Positions 1 to 8,931 of a DNA stretch of 64,000 bases are shown in pieces (the first letter of the stretch is position 1; each line of letters starts with the position of its first letter). The position numbers and the translations under genes are program-made. The stretch covers positions 64,001 through 128,000 of IMG/VR virus record IMGVR_UViG_3300037258_000301; one strand, given 5' to 3'. This DNA comes from a virus. Under the pieces are notes generated by a model, which was not told where the DNA came from, searched no databases, and saw only the letters and a program-made list of their open reading frames with translations.

Positions 1-459
1 CCCGTCGTGTGGCAAGGCGCGGGTGATGTGAACCGACAGGACGTCCGCCCCATCCCGGATGCCTTCCTGGAGTCGGTGGCGTTCCTACAGGCCGTGGAGA
101 ACGGCATTTTCTCCATCATCGATAGTGAACGCGACCGTACCGCCATTCAGGATGCGCACCGCCGGCAGTTCCAGGCCGCGCAGGAGCGTCAGCAGAGTGC
201 CGGTACCGAATACTTCGACTCCAAGCCGAACGAAGACATCATCGTCACCTCCTGCATCGGGCCGGCCGGCAAGACCGGCAAGCTCTGTGGTGAAACGGTC
301 ACGCTGACCGCCCAGCAGCGCGGCAACACCGTGCCGTTGTGCATCAAGCACAGCTACCTCAAGGTGCAGTTCATCCCGACCGAGACCGGCAAAGTCGTCG
401 ATGGCAAGCCCGAGGTGACGTGGTCGCGGCCCACGCTCGGCCAGCCTCTCGACCACTGA
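1..459 (+). CDS. hypothetical phage protein, probably 5'-truncated by the window edge
   Basis: Frame is open from base 1 (CCC GTC GTG...) to TGA at 459; GC3-rich codons; first gene of a co-directional virion block. Confidence 0.7.
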   Translation, partial: PVVWQGAGDVNRQDVRPIPDAFLESVAFLQAVENGIFSIIDSERDRTAIQDAHRRQFQAAQERQQSAGTEYFDSKPNEDIIVTSCIGPAGKTGKLCGETVTLTAQQRGNTVPLCIKHSYLKVQFIPTETGKVVDGKPEVTWSRPTLGQPLDH

Positions 460-478
460 TCCCTCAGAGAGGCTTGTC

Positions 479-910
479 ATGACCGAGGAGAAGGCTCGCG
501 ACTACCGCAACGCCGTCATCGCGGAGGTAGTGCCGGGAGTTGACCCGGTAGTGCACCAGGCTCACGCTGACTGGATGTCCGGCAACGTCGACACCTCCGA
601 CACGGCCGACCTCATCCAGAATCAGGTCGCGGCCATCTCCCCGGCATTCGCCCTACATCGACGCAACGCCGCTGTCCAGGCCGCCCGCGCACTTGACCCA
701 CATGACCTGGGTGTCTCTCGACGGGCGGTAGTGCTTCCTCACGATCACGAGGAGGCGCAGAAGGTACGTCAGGGCCTCGTCAGGGCGGCCGACTACGCCG
801 TGGATCACCCGATCATCCTGGGCGGTCCTGCCGGCGACAACAGCCTTATGGCCGCCGAGATGGTGCGCCTCACCAAGGATGACGGAGCAGCGCCCGAGGA
901 GGCTCGATGA
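479..910 (+). CDS. hypothetical protein (virion module)
   Basis: 143-aa ORF, GAGG upstream, ATGA overlap with the next gene. Confidence 0.75.
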   Translation: MTEEKARDYRNAVIAEVVPGVDPVVHQAHADWMSGNVDTSDTADLIQNQVAAISPAFALHRRNAAVQAARALDPHDLGVSRRAVVLPHDHEEAQKVRQGLVRAADYAVDHPIILGGPAGDNSLMAAEMVRLTKDDGAAPEEAR

Positions 911-1569
911 CGGCCAGCAAGACCCCGAATCTGGGGTTGATGAACCCGGTGGGATCCGATGACTTCGAGGTCGATGACTTCTCCACCACGTTCGGGATCA
1001 TCGACCAGAACCCCGGCAGTCTCACCGTCGCGAACCAGGCATCACGTCCACTGGGGTGGGGGTCGGCTCAGAACGGGCGTCACGTGTGGCAGGCCGACCA
1101 GAACATCGAGTGGGTGTGGTATCAGCCGAATCCCTCCATCGGAGGCGTCTGGCAGCGTACGTTCCCCAAGGGGTGGCTCGGCGGCGTGAGTGGTGGCAAC
1201 GCCTCAACCGGCAGCAACGCGTTGGGGCAAGGACCCGTCGTGCTCTCTCTGACCGTGCTGGTGCCGGGTGGACGTCCCATCTTGCTCATGCATGGTCACG
1301 GCGACGTCAACAACGACACCACGGGCACCACGGCCCTGTCGGTGTGGCAGAACGGTAGCCTGATTCGCTTCGACTACTCCATGGGTCGCCATGCGTCCTC
1401 CCCGCAGACGAACTCGGTCTATGGCATGTCGTACTTTCTGCTCAATCCGGCACCCACCACCCAGCAGTCGGTGAACTACCAACTTCAGCTCAACACGTGG
1501 ATCAACCTCCCATCCAATGCGGGCATCTCCTCTGTCGAGGCTGCCACGATGGACATTTTCGAGATGTGA
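907..1569 (+). CDS. putative virion fibre/decoration protein
   Basis: N-terminal TPNLGLMNP...F..ID segment resembles phage fibre anchors; beta-rich C-terminus; coupled to neighbours. Confidence 0.55.
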   Translation: MTASKTPNLGLMNPVGSDDFEVDDFSTTFGIIDQNPGSLTVANQASRPLGWGSAQNGRHVWQADQNIEWVWYQPNPSIGGVWQRTFPKGWLGGVSGGNASTGSNALGQGPVVLSLTVLVPGGRPILLMHGHGDVNNDTTGTTALSVWQNGSLIRFDYSMGRHASSPQTNSVYGMSYFLLNPAPTTQQSVNYQLQLNTWINLPSNAGISSVEAATMDIFEM

Positions 1570-1570
1570 C

Positions 1571-2464
1571 ATGACCACTCCGCTGATCGCCAATATCAAC
1601 GATCCCCAATACATCAACCAGTCGGCAACTGACGTATTGGCATTGCAGATCATTATTGGTGGAGTACCAGCCGATCCGGATGAGCAAGCCGTCAATGTCA
1701 CCATGACCAATCAGTCCACCAGTGCGGTGATCTTCTCTCGGGCGGCTGATCGGGTGGCCAATCAGACCGGCGAATACAACCTGACACTGTTGGTGTCCGA
1801 CACGGCCATCGTGGGCAACTACACCGTGCAGTGGGCGTATTCGATCAATGGCAGCGCGGTCACCTACGACACCTATATCACCGTCGGGCCCTACTCGCCG
1901 ACCTACGCGTCACTGGTGCCGGCGATGCGCGCCATCGTCGAGCAGGTCTGGATGCGCTTCGCCGATGAGTTCGACTCTCCGGCCGGCGGCCCGAACCTTC
2001 AGACCTACTACCAGTCCCGGTTCAACCGAGGCCGGATCGCCGAGCTACTCAAGATCGCTTGTGGGCGGTTGAATACCCAGTCCCAGCCTTACATGACCTA
2101 CACCATCGACGGACAGCAGGGAGCGAGCTTCCCGGTGGCCCAATGGGGTCCCCTGTTGGAGCAAGCCTGCTACGTCGAGACGATCAAGCATCTGCGTCGG
2201 TCCTACCTGGAGCAGCCCGACTTCCAGGGTGGTGGCATCACCCGCGTCGACCGACAGTCCTACTTCGATCGCTGGGGTGAGGTGCTCAAGGAAGAGCAGC
2301 AGAGCCTCAAGGACCAACTCGACGTGTTCAAAATTGCTCAGATGCGCCTCGGGCAACCCCGAGTCCTAGTAGCAGGCGGAGTTTTCGGCAGATATTCTCC
2401 GACCAGGTACAGTGCCGGCATGGCCGCAGCTCGGGGATACTTTCTCTGGTCTGCCGGGTACTAA
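1571..2464 (+). CDS. putative head-to-tail adaptor/neck protein with N-terminal Ig-like region
   Basis: ATG at 1571 directly after the upstream stop; beta-rich N-terminus, helical C-terminus; lies upstream of the tail genes. Function inferred from synteny. Confidence 0.5.
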   Translation: MTTPLIANINDPQYINQSATDVLALQIIIGGVPADPDEQAVNVTMTNQSTSAVIFSRAADRVANQTGEYNLTLLVSDTAIVGNYTVQWAYSINGSAVTYDTYITVGPYSPTYASLVPAMRAIVEQVWMRFADEFDSPAGGPNLQTYYQSRFNRGRIAELLKIACGRLNTQSQPYMTYTIDGQQGASFPVAQWGPLLEQACYVETIKHLRRSYLEQPDFQGGGITRVDRQSYFDRWGEVLKEEQQSLKDQLDVFKIAQMRLGQPRVLVAGGVFGRYSPTRYSAGMAAARGYFLWSAGY

Positions 2465-2466
2465 AA

Positions 2467-2485
2467 GTCCTATTTGTTATAGGAC
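2467..2485. terminator. hairpin between convergent genes
   Basis: GTCCTAT-TTGTT-ATAGGAC, perfect 7-bp stem where the + strand adaptor gene meets the - strand HNH gene. Confidence 0.4.
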
Positions 2486-3241
2486 CCAACCCCAGGTTAT
2501 TCTCGCTACTACCTTGCGCACCACTTCACGTTTGAGCCCGAGAGAATCGGCTAATCTCTGCTGACTGATGGTCTCCTCGGCATATCGTCGGCGGATGAGA
2601 CGTACCAGATCTTCATTGATCACTGCGTTGTAGTGATCAATACCTCGGGGCGCTCGTTGTCGCTTCTTGAATACCATATCGTCTGAATTGTCCTGATGTG
2701 TGCCCTTGAACCAGTGTGTCGGATTTTGACACGGTGGGTTGTCGCAGGTATGACAGACGATCTCTCCGGCGACTAGCTGATCATCTGGATTGGCAAAATC
2801 CCAGCCGAAGCGATGAGCGCGAGCAGTGACGGTCTTCTCGTCCTCCCGCCAAGACATAAGACCGTAACCGTCCCTGTCCCGAGATTGCTCTTGCCAAGGC
2901 CAGCAGTCATCGGGTCCGAGTACGGTGAACTTGGATCGGTAGAGGTCTGCCGGAGTGCGATCGAGATTGCGGCTCACCAAGACCCAGTGGTCCATGTTCT
3001 GACACGCCTTGAAGCCGCAGGTGTTGGAGAGCTTGTACCCCTCGGGAATGAAGTCGTGAGTCAATTCCCACCCGAATCGATGGGCACCCGTATCGATGTG
3101 TCGTTCACCTACGGTGTAGGTGAACTTGGCATTGCCGTACTTATCGACCTTCGCACTCCACCCGATACACCCCCGACTGCCGTCTGGTCCGAACACGAGC
3201 TTGGCAACGTAGCGCTGCTCAGAAGTCAGTGACGTAGACAT
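2477..3241 (-). CDS. HNH homing endonuclease, two tandem HNH modules plus C-terminal HTH
   Basis: CWPW..GYG..AHRFGW..VCHTCDNPPCQNPTH..N motif; degenerate first copy (AHRFGW..NTCGFKACQNMDH); SQQRLADSLGLKREVV HTH; TAAAGT -10 box 7 nt before ATG suggests a leaderless mRNA. Confidence 0.9.
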   Translation of the reverse strand: MSTSLTSEQRYVAKLVFGPDGSRGCIGWSAKVDKYGNAKFTYTVGERHIDTGAHRFGWELTHDFIPEGYKLSNTCGFKACQNMDHWVLVSRNLDRTPADLYRSKFTVLGPDDCWPWQEQSRDRDGYGLMSWREDEKTVTARAHRFGWDFANPDDQLVAGEIVCHTCDNPPCQNPTHWFKGTHQDNSDDMVFKKRQRAPRGIDHYNAVINEDLVRLIRRRYAEETISQQRLADSLGLKREVVRKVVARITWGWVL

Positions 3242-3280
3242 GGGCCGTACTTTACCGCGTGCCGAACTTACCGCCCGCTA

Positions 3281-3892
3281 CTAGCTCTCCAGCACATGGA
3301 AGTAGTCGACCTGCACCTGGGCTGAGCCGCTGACCGGACCTTTCGAATTGATCTGGAACGTCGGGTGCATGGGTCCCGACGGGATGTGGTCGGTGTAGGT
3401 GTGCCACGCGATGCCATCCACCGACAAGATGATGGACTTTGCGCTCCAGACCACCCGGTAGGCGTGCCACGCGGTCATGTCCAGCACGCGCTCACCGGCA
3501 TAGTCGGAGGTGTTCACTCCATTCACCGCGTAGTGGTTCCAGGACTGGTAGGACTTCCGGGTGGGGTCGTAGCACTCGACGTAGTCAATCTCACCAGCCA
3601 CCGGCCAGGACGAGTTCAGTTCGGGCCAGAAGAGTAGGACGGGTGCCAGGTTCGCATCCAGAGACGCGGGAAACCGAGCCCGAGTCTCGAACACCCCGTA
3701 GATGAACTGAGTCTTGCCGGCCACTCCGGCGACTCCCGTGGGACTCGCGTTCAGGTTGAGACAGCCGTTCCCCACCACCACCTGGTCGGTAACCCAGTCT
3801 TCTCCCGAGCCGACCCCGTTGTAGGTCCCCCACAGGTTTGTGTCGAGTTCGGCGCCGAGGAAGTCGTCACTTCCGGTGAGCATGGTGGTCAT
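3281..3892 (-). CDS. glycoside hydrolase family 16 (beta-glucanase-like), 203 aa
   Basis: WPVAGEIDYVE matches the GH16 ExDxxE catalytic motif; also DDF..LD..W, YGVFETRARF, WHAYRVVW, VDYFHV; ATG at 3892 with GGAG upstream. Confidence 0.88.
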   Translation of the reverse strand: MTTMLTGSDDFLGAELDTNLWGTYNGVGSGEDWVTDQVVVGNGCLNLNASPTGVAGVAGKTQFIYGVFETRARFPASLDANLAPVLLFWPELNSSWPVAGEIDYVECYDPTRKSYQSWNHYAVNGVNTSDYAGERVLDMTAWHAYRVVWSAKSIILSVDGIAWHTYTDHIPSGPMHPTFQINSKGPVSGSAQVQVDYFHVLES

Positions 3893-3908
3893 CGCGTCAT
3901 CTCCAGGA

Positions 3909-6900
3909 TCAGTGCCACGCCCCGATGTAGGGCATGGAATAGCTTCCGGTCTGCACCAGAGTCGGTACGGTGCCGGGAAGTGCCGTGAGGGCTGACCCGC
4001 TGCTGTTGGTGAACAAGCGTCCGGTAGGACTCGTGGCGGAGGCGTTGGAGCCGAACTTTTGACCACCAACCAGTGTCAGAGTTCCGCCTCCACCGATGGT
4101 GGTCAGGAAGCAAAGGTAGACGAGCCTGCCCACATTTTGCGCGGCGATGGTGGAGGTGAGGCTGACCTTCAGGATCTCCGAGGTTTGACTAGCCGGTAGC
4201 GAGGCAGAGAAGTCTGCCGTCTGACCCAGCAGATTGCCGGTGGCCACGTCATAGATCCCCAAGAACGTCGTGGTGATGGCCGCGCCTGAGCTGACCGCGT
4301 TTACCTCGATATCCATCGCGCTGATCGAGGTATAGGCCGCGATGTGGGCCAAACAGAAGTACGGGCGGCCGGTGGTGATGCCTGGAACCCCCGGGGCGCT
4401 CATCGGATCCATCGTCGCGGCCACGGCATTGATGGCTTGAGCCGCGAGTTGATCCAGGTAGGTCGGCGCTCCGTAGTTCAGCGACGCGTAGGCGGTGGCA
4501 CCATCGCCTACCTTCAACTGGTGCGTGTCGGTCTCGTAGCCGACTTCGCCAAGTCCGAGGGTGGGGTTGTTGGTCAGCCAGTTCGCAACCGTATCGCCCG
4601 GCAGACTGACCGAGCTACGGGGGCCCACGCTGCGTGATGCTGGTGCGTAGCCGACATTGTTGTCGAGGTAGCACGATGTCAGGGTGCCCAGTTGATTGAC
4701 GGCTCCCGTCAGGTTTCCTCGGAAGTCGTTGTTCGCGATGTGCGCGGTGGTGAGGGTGACTCCGCTGGCAACGTAGAGGCCGTATGCCTGCTTCTGGGTG
4801 CCACCGTCATCCCAGGCGCGACAGTCGGCGATTTGCAGGCCGGTGACGGAGGCGTTGAACATGATGCCGTACTTCGAAGTGCTGCTGGTCTGTCCGTTGG
4901 CGTTGAACTTGCAGTTACTGATCTTGATGTCGTTGGATACCTGCTGCACTTCGAGACCGGCCGCGTTGTTGGAGTACGCCTCGCATCCCAGATAGGTCAT
5001 GCCCGAGACGGGGTGTGAAGCCACCGAGTTGATATTGAAGCCCAGCGATGAGTTGCCGTATGCCTTACAGCCGCTGTAGGTGTGGTTGCCGGCCCCCGCC
5101 ACGCTTGTGGAGTTGGATGCGCTCGGCTGATAGCTGAACCCGTAGCGAGAGTTGCTGATGGCCTCACAGCCCACGTAGAGATCATTGCCACCGGGCTGTG
5201 CCGTCGCCCCGATGGTGCCATTGTCGATGGAGAATCCGTCGCTGTTGTTGGCGTAGGCGATACAGCCGGTCCATACCGCGCCGTTGCCCCCGGCGTCTCC
5301 GTAGCCATGGTTGAAGTTTGCCGTCGAGTAGCAGTTGGTGATGCGCATTCCGTAGGAGGTGGTACCGGTTTGAGATTCCATCATGATGCCGTAGCGGCCA
5401 TTGCCGCTGGCGACGCAATCGGAGACGACCCAGTCTTCGACGGCGTGTTGGCCGACCCCGATACCGATGCCATTGCTGCCTGCCCCCGAGCCACCACCCT
5501 GATTGGTGCGACCGTTGCCGATCGCCCGGCAATTGTGAATCGTGGTGCCGTTGGTCAGGAAGTCGGTGCCGATCCCGGTGGCGATACAGTTTTGAACGAT
5601 CAGATCGTCCAGGGTCATGTGGCTGGTGTACTGGATGAAAATTCCCTTGATCGAAACGCTGTAGGCGCCGGCCTGGCGGGCTCCGTCGATGGTCAGATGT
5701 GCCATGGTGAAGTTGGTCAATGGGTTGCCCGAGGTGGCCTGCAACAGGACTGCTGCCGTCGTTCCGAACGGCCATAGGGTGGTAGTGCCGATCCCGGCGC
5801 CGACCAACGAGACGTTGTTCGCCGGAGTGATCGTCGCGCCAAGCACGTAGCCGCCTGGCGGGAAGTACACCGTGGCCCCGGTGGTGCTTGCGGCCGTGAT
5901 GGCGGCGTTGATGGCGACGGTATCTGAGGTGCCGAACGCATATGTCGCACCCGAAACCGTCGTGCTCGCGTTGGCGTTCAAGGTCACCTGGGTGCCGGAC
6001 TGCACCGACAGGATCGTGGTGGAGAAGTCGATGCCGGCCGCTCCCGCACCCACCACCGTGATGTACTGCCCGACGGATCCCGCGCTGAACGCGCCATGGG
6101 TGGTGTCGGTGAAGATCGCCGTGCCGGTGGTGATCGCACCGGTTGTGCTGGTGGCGTAGTTGGCCAGCGCGCCGTAGTCCTTGACGTTGAGGACCAGCGA
6201 CCCCTTGGCGACACCGCCGAGATTGGTCAACGTGGTCGAGGTGCTCGCCACATCCGAGAGGTTGCTGGCTTTGGCCAGGGCAAGACCTTCAGCCGTCTGG
6301 GCCCGAGACTTTTCGACAGAGACGGCGTTGTCGGCGTAAGCCGTGGTCGCGATGTCCGTGTTGCTCGTGAGGGCAGTTTTGGTAGGGGCGGTGGGAGTGC
6401 CCGTCAGGGCAGCGCTGGCCAGTGGTGCGAGGAGCGCCTCAGCCGTTTCTGCCCGAGTCGTCTCAACCGCGACGGCCGTAGCCACGAAAGCATCCGTGGC
6501 GATCTTGGTGGAGGAGTCTCCCGTCGTCTGGGTGGGGGCCGTAGGGTTCCCGGTCAGGGCCGGGCTGGCCAAGGGAGCCTTGAGAGCCTCTGCGGCCTGC
6601 GCCCGGGCCGTTTCCGTCGATACCGCAGCATCCGCGTAAGCCGTGGTGGCCACCTGGGTGGTGTTGGTCAACGCGCCAGCCGTGGGGGCCAGCGGAGTGC
6701 CAGTGAGAGTGGGGGACGCTAGGGGAGCCAGCAGGGCCTCTGCCGTCTCTGCTCGCGAGATTTCGGCACTCAGCGTGGCAGAGGCAGCCTTGGTGGCCTC
6801 GACCCCCTCAGCACGAGTCGTTTCGGCACTTACCGCGTTGTCGGTGTAGGCGGTCGTGGCAATCGTCGTCGAGTTGCTGAGCGCACTCTGGGTAGGAGCG

Positions 6901-7505
6901 GTCGGGACGCCCGTCAACGAGGGACTGACCAGTCCGGCCTTGGCTGCCAGATCAGCGACAAGGCTGGCAATGTCTTCCTCGGTCAGAGTGACGGCACCAG
7001 TTCGGCCAGCGACCGAGGTGACAGGGCTGCCATCAGAGGTGAGGTCTTCGCCCGCCGGCCAACCGTCGAGGCTGTATGGGCCGTAGAAGACAAGGCTGGT
7101 CGTATCGATGTAGATGGACCCCAGCGGTATCGCGGTGCCGTCAGGGAGCGTGTCAGGGCCACCATCACCCGTCAGGATCGTGGGGAGCAACTTGACCTGC
7201 TCGCTGAACAGGGCATTCATGGGAGAGGTAGCGCCCGAGACACCCGCTACCCGTGCCCAGACCTGAGCGACGTTGCCGACCGGCCCGTAGAACTCCGGCA
7301 AGATCCCGCCGGTGTCAGTCTGGAGGGTGGAACCTGGAAGCGGATTGCCGTAAGGATCAACGATGTCGGCCAGTGTGGTGGCTGCCTGGTCGACGTAGAT
7401 CACGACCTGGGTCACGGGAGGTGTCAGGACCGGCATGTAAGCGCCCTGATAGATGATGAAGGATGTGCGATCTGATGGGAAGAGCAGGCGGTTCGTGGTC
7501 GACAA
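3909..7505 (-). CDS. tailspike / tail fibre with right-handed beta-helix (pectate-lyase-like depolymerase)
   Basis: TTG at 7505 follows AGGAG; fibre repeats; LNVKDYGA..DTVAINAAI..VYFPPGGY beta-helix cap; many N/G/C-rich PbH1-type repeats. Confidence 0.85.
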   Translation of the reverse strand: MSTTNRLLFPSDRTSFIIYQGAYMPVLTPPVTQVVIYVDQAATTLADIVDPYGNPLPGSTLQTDTGGILPEFYGPVGNVAQVWARVAGVSGATSPMNALFSEQVKLLPTILTGDGGPDTLPDGTAIPLGSIYIDTTSLVFYGPYSLDGWPAGEDLTSDGSPVTSVAGRTGAVTLTEEDIASLVADLAAKAGLVSPSLTGVPTAPTQSALSNSTTIATTAYTDNAVSAETTRAEGVEATKAASATLSAEISRAETAEALLAPLASPTLTGTPLAPTAGALTNTTQVATTAYADAAVSTETARAQAAEALKAPLASPALTGNPTAPTQTTGDSSTKIATDAFVATAVAVETTRAETAEALLAPLASAALTGTPTAPTKTALTSNTDIATTAYADNAVSVEKSRAQTAEGLALAKASNLSDVASTSTTLTNLGGVAKGSLVLNVKDYGALANYATSTTGAITTGTAIFTDTTHGAFSAGSVGQYITVVGAGAAGIDFSTTILSVQSGTQVTLNANASTTVSGATYAFGTSDTVAINAAITAASTTGATVYFPPGGYVLGATITPANNVSLVGAGIGTTTLWPFGTTAAVLLQATSGNPLTNFTMAHLTIDGARQAGAYSVSIKGIFIQYTSHMTLDDLIVQNCIATGIGTDFLTNGTTIHNCRAIGNGRTNQGGGSGAGSNGIGIGVGQHAVEDWVVSDCVASGNGRYGIMMESQTGTTSYGMRITNCYSTANFNHGYGDAGGNGAVWTGCIAYANNSDGFSIDNGTIGATAQPGGNDLYVGCEAISNSRYGFSYQPSASNSTSVAGAGNHTYSGCKAYGNSSLGFNINSVASHPVSGMTYLGCEAYSNNAAGLEVQQVSNDIKISNCKFNANGQTSSTSKYGIMFNASVTGLQIADCRAWDDGGTQKQAYGLYVASGVTLTTAHIANNDFRGNLTGAVNQLGTLTSCYLDNNVGYAPASRSVGPRSSVSLPGDTVANWLTNNPTLGLGEVGYETDTHQLKVGDGATAYASLNYGAPTYLDQLAAQAINAVAATMDPMSAPGVPGITTGRPYFCLAHIAAYTSISAMDIEVNAVSSGAAITTTFLGIYDVATGNLLGQTADFSASLPASQTSEILKVSLTSTIAAQNVGRLVYLCFLTTIGGGGTLTLVGGQKFGSNASATSPTGRLFTNSSGSALTALPGTVPTLVQTGSYSMPYIGAWH
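6285..6935 (-). repeat. about four ~50-aa stalk repeats in the tailspike
   Basis: Unit LASPxLTGxPxAPT...TxIATTAYxDxAVSxExxRAxxAE occurs 4 times; boundaries approximate. Confidence 0.8.
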
Positions 7506-7544
7506 CGTAATCTCCTGTCTCAACCGGTAGGTGAGTCCTGCCGT

Positions 7545-7573
7545 TTACTGCCGCGCTGAGATGCCCCCTACAG
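7545..7573 (-). promoter_or_regulatory. CTGT-N21-GTAA candidate late promoter for the tailspike cassette
   Basis: Minus strand reads CTGT AGGGGGCATCTCAGCGCGGCA GTAA, 40 nt upstream of the tailspike start; same architecture at 10319, 21199 and 40534. Confidence 0.6.
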
Positions 7574-7588
7574 CTCTACGGAGATGAC

Positions 7589-7861
7589 ATGACCCAGGCG
7601 ACGCACACCGCCAATGGACAGATCCAGATCGGTGCGCAGTACATGATTGACGCGCTCCGAGGAGAGGTCGGCTCTCTGCGAGAGCAATCCCTTCAGCTTC
7701 AGGCGATGTACTTGCAACTTCAGACCGAGGCCCAGCAGGAGATCTCGTCTCTTCGTGCGCAGGTGCAGAAGTACCAGGACGCGGAGGCGACCTCGACACC
7801 AGAGAGTCTCCCGGCCGAAGAGAACGAAGTAACCGACGCCCCCGTTAGTCCCGCACCGTAG
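7589..7861 (+). CDS. small coiled-coil protein
   Basis: GGAG RBS, Q/E/L heptads. Confidence 0.7.
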   Translation: MTQATHTANGQIQIGAQYMIDALRGEVGSLREQSLQLQAMYLQLQTEAQQEISSLRAQVQKYQDAEATSTPESLPAEENEVTDAPVSPAP

Positions 7862-7879
7862 TAGTGGGGAGAGTAGCCA

Positions 7880-8101
7880 ATGTCATTGCCAGTCGTAGGA
7901 ACCGCAGTCAACTATTATTGGAAGAGTGGACAGGCGTCAACACCTGCACTTGTTCACAACGTCGACGACATCAATGGCGTCATCATGGTCACTTACATTT
8001 CACCGGCCGTGTACTCTCCGAACTTTCCGGGTGCCCCCATCTTCACGAGTCCCTGGTCTTCGCAAGGAACGGGTGTGGGCCAATGGGAACCAATGTCGTG
8101 A
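7880..8101 (+). CDS. hypothetical protein, 73 aa
   Basis: GGAGAG RBS before ATG; fills the gap between neighbours. Confidence 0.65.
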   Translation: MSLPVVGTAVNYYWKSGQASTPALVHNVDDINGVIMVTYISPAVYSPNFPGAPIFTSPWSSQGTGVGQWEPMS

Positions 8102-8118
8102 GTGGGTGATCGGTCGTC

Positions 8119-8931
8119 ATGCCCTTTGTCATTCCCAATCCCAATCCCGAATCGGCTCCCACGCCCAATCAGCCGTTCTACATCAGGCAGACCCAAAATT
8201 GGGCGATTGAGCAAGAGCGCCAAAGGCATGATGAGGCAATTTATTGGGTAGGCGAGTATGCCTTCATCGCGTTGATGTGGCATACCGTCGACTTTGAATT
8301 GGGACTCGTCGGTCGGTGCTACACCTGCTTCAATACCGGCGATACCATCCAGGATCGGGTCACCGCTGTCTACAAGCAGCCAACGAAGTTCTTGTGTCCG
8401 GACTGCTACGGCACCACCTACGAGGGTGGTTACCGAGCGTTGCTCGTGCGTCCCTTCATCTTCGTTGACGCCGACGAGTCGGAGAGGCAGGACCGACGAG
8501 GGTCCGTGCACCCGATGTCGCTGACTGCCGAATCCACCTGGGATTTCCGTAGCTATGAGGGCGACTATCTCTTCCGACGAGACGGGTCGCGTTACCGAGT
8601 GACGATGCAGCCATCGCGCACCATGTTGCGTACCGGCTTCGCACATCCTTCTCAGCAGGCGACGACGTTGGGATATGGCCGGATGACCATCGGATACGAA
8701 GAGGTTGACACGGTCGCCTACACCATCGCGCCCAACGGTGTCGCCGTCTCGAACATCCTCAACGTCAGTAGCCCCGAACAGCCCGCTGACTTCTCCTCGG
8801 TCGAGGTCATCAACGGACCGCTCATCACCGGCGACGGCATCTACAGCACTACCCCGAGCGGGGGTACCAACCCCGGTGATGGCACCTCTCCTGGCACGGT
8901 CACCATGACCGGTAGCGGATGGGGTGATTGA
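8119..8931 (+). CDS. putative head-closure/neck protein with two CxxC motifs
   Basis: RCYTC and CPDCYGTTYEGGY motifs; lies before the tail completion and sheath genes. Confidence 0.6.
   Translation: MPFVIPNPNPESAPTPNQPFYIRQTQNWAIEQERQRHDEAIYWVGEYAFIALMWHTVDFELGLVGRCYTCFNTGDTIQDRVTAVYKQPTKFLCPDCYGTTYEGGYRALLVRPFIFVDADESERQDRRGSVHPMSLTAESTWDFRSYEGDYLFRRDGSRYRVTMQPSRTMLRTGFAHPSQQATTLGYGRMTIGYEEVDTVAYTIAPNGVAVSNILNVSSPEQPADFSSVEVINGPLITGDGIYSTTPSGGTNPGDGTSPGTVTMTGSGWGD

Noticed and set aside
3909-4600. Diversity-generating retroelement suggested by the Mtd-N-like motif
   Set aside because: No reverse transcriptase and no template/variable repeat pair noticed
2465-7590. Recombinase-driven invertible tail-fibre segment
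   Set aside because: No invertase or recombinase recognised in the window, and no terminal inverted repeats seen by eye
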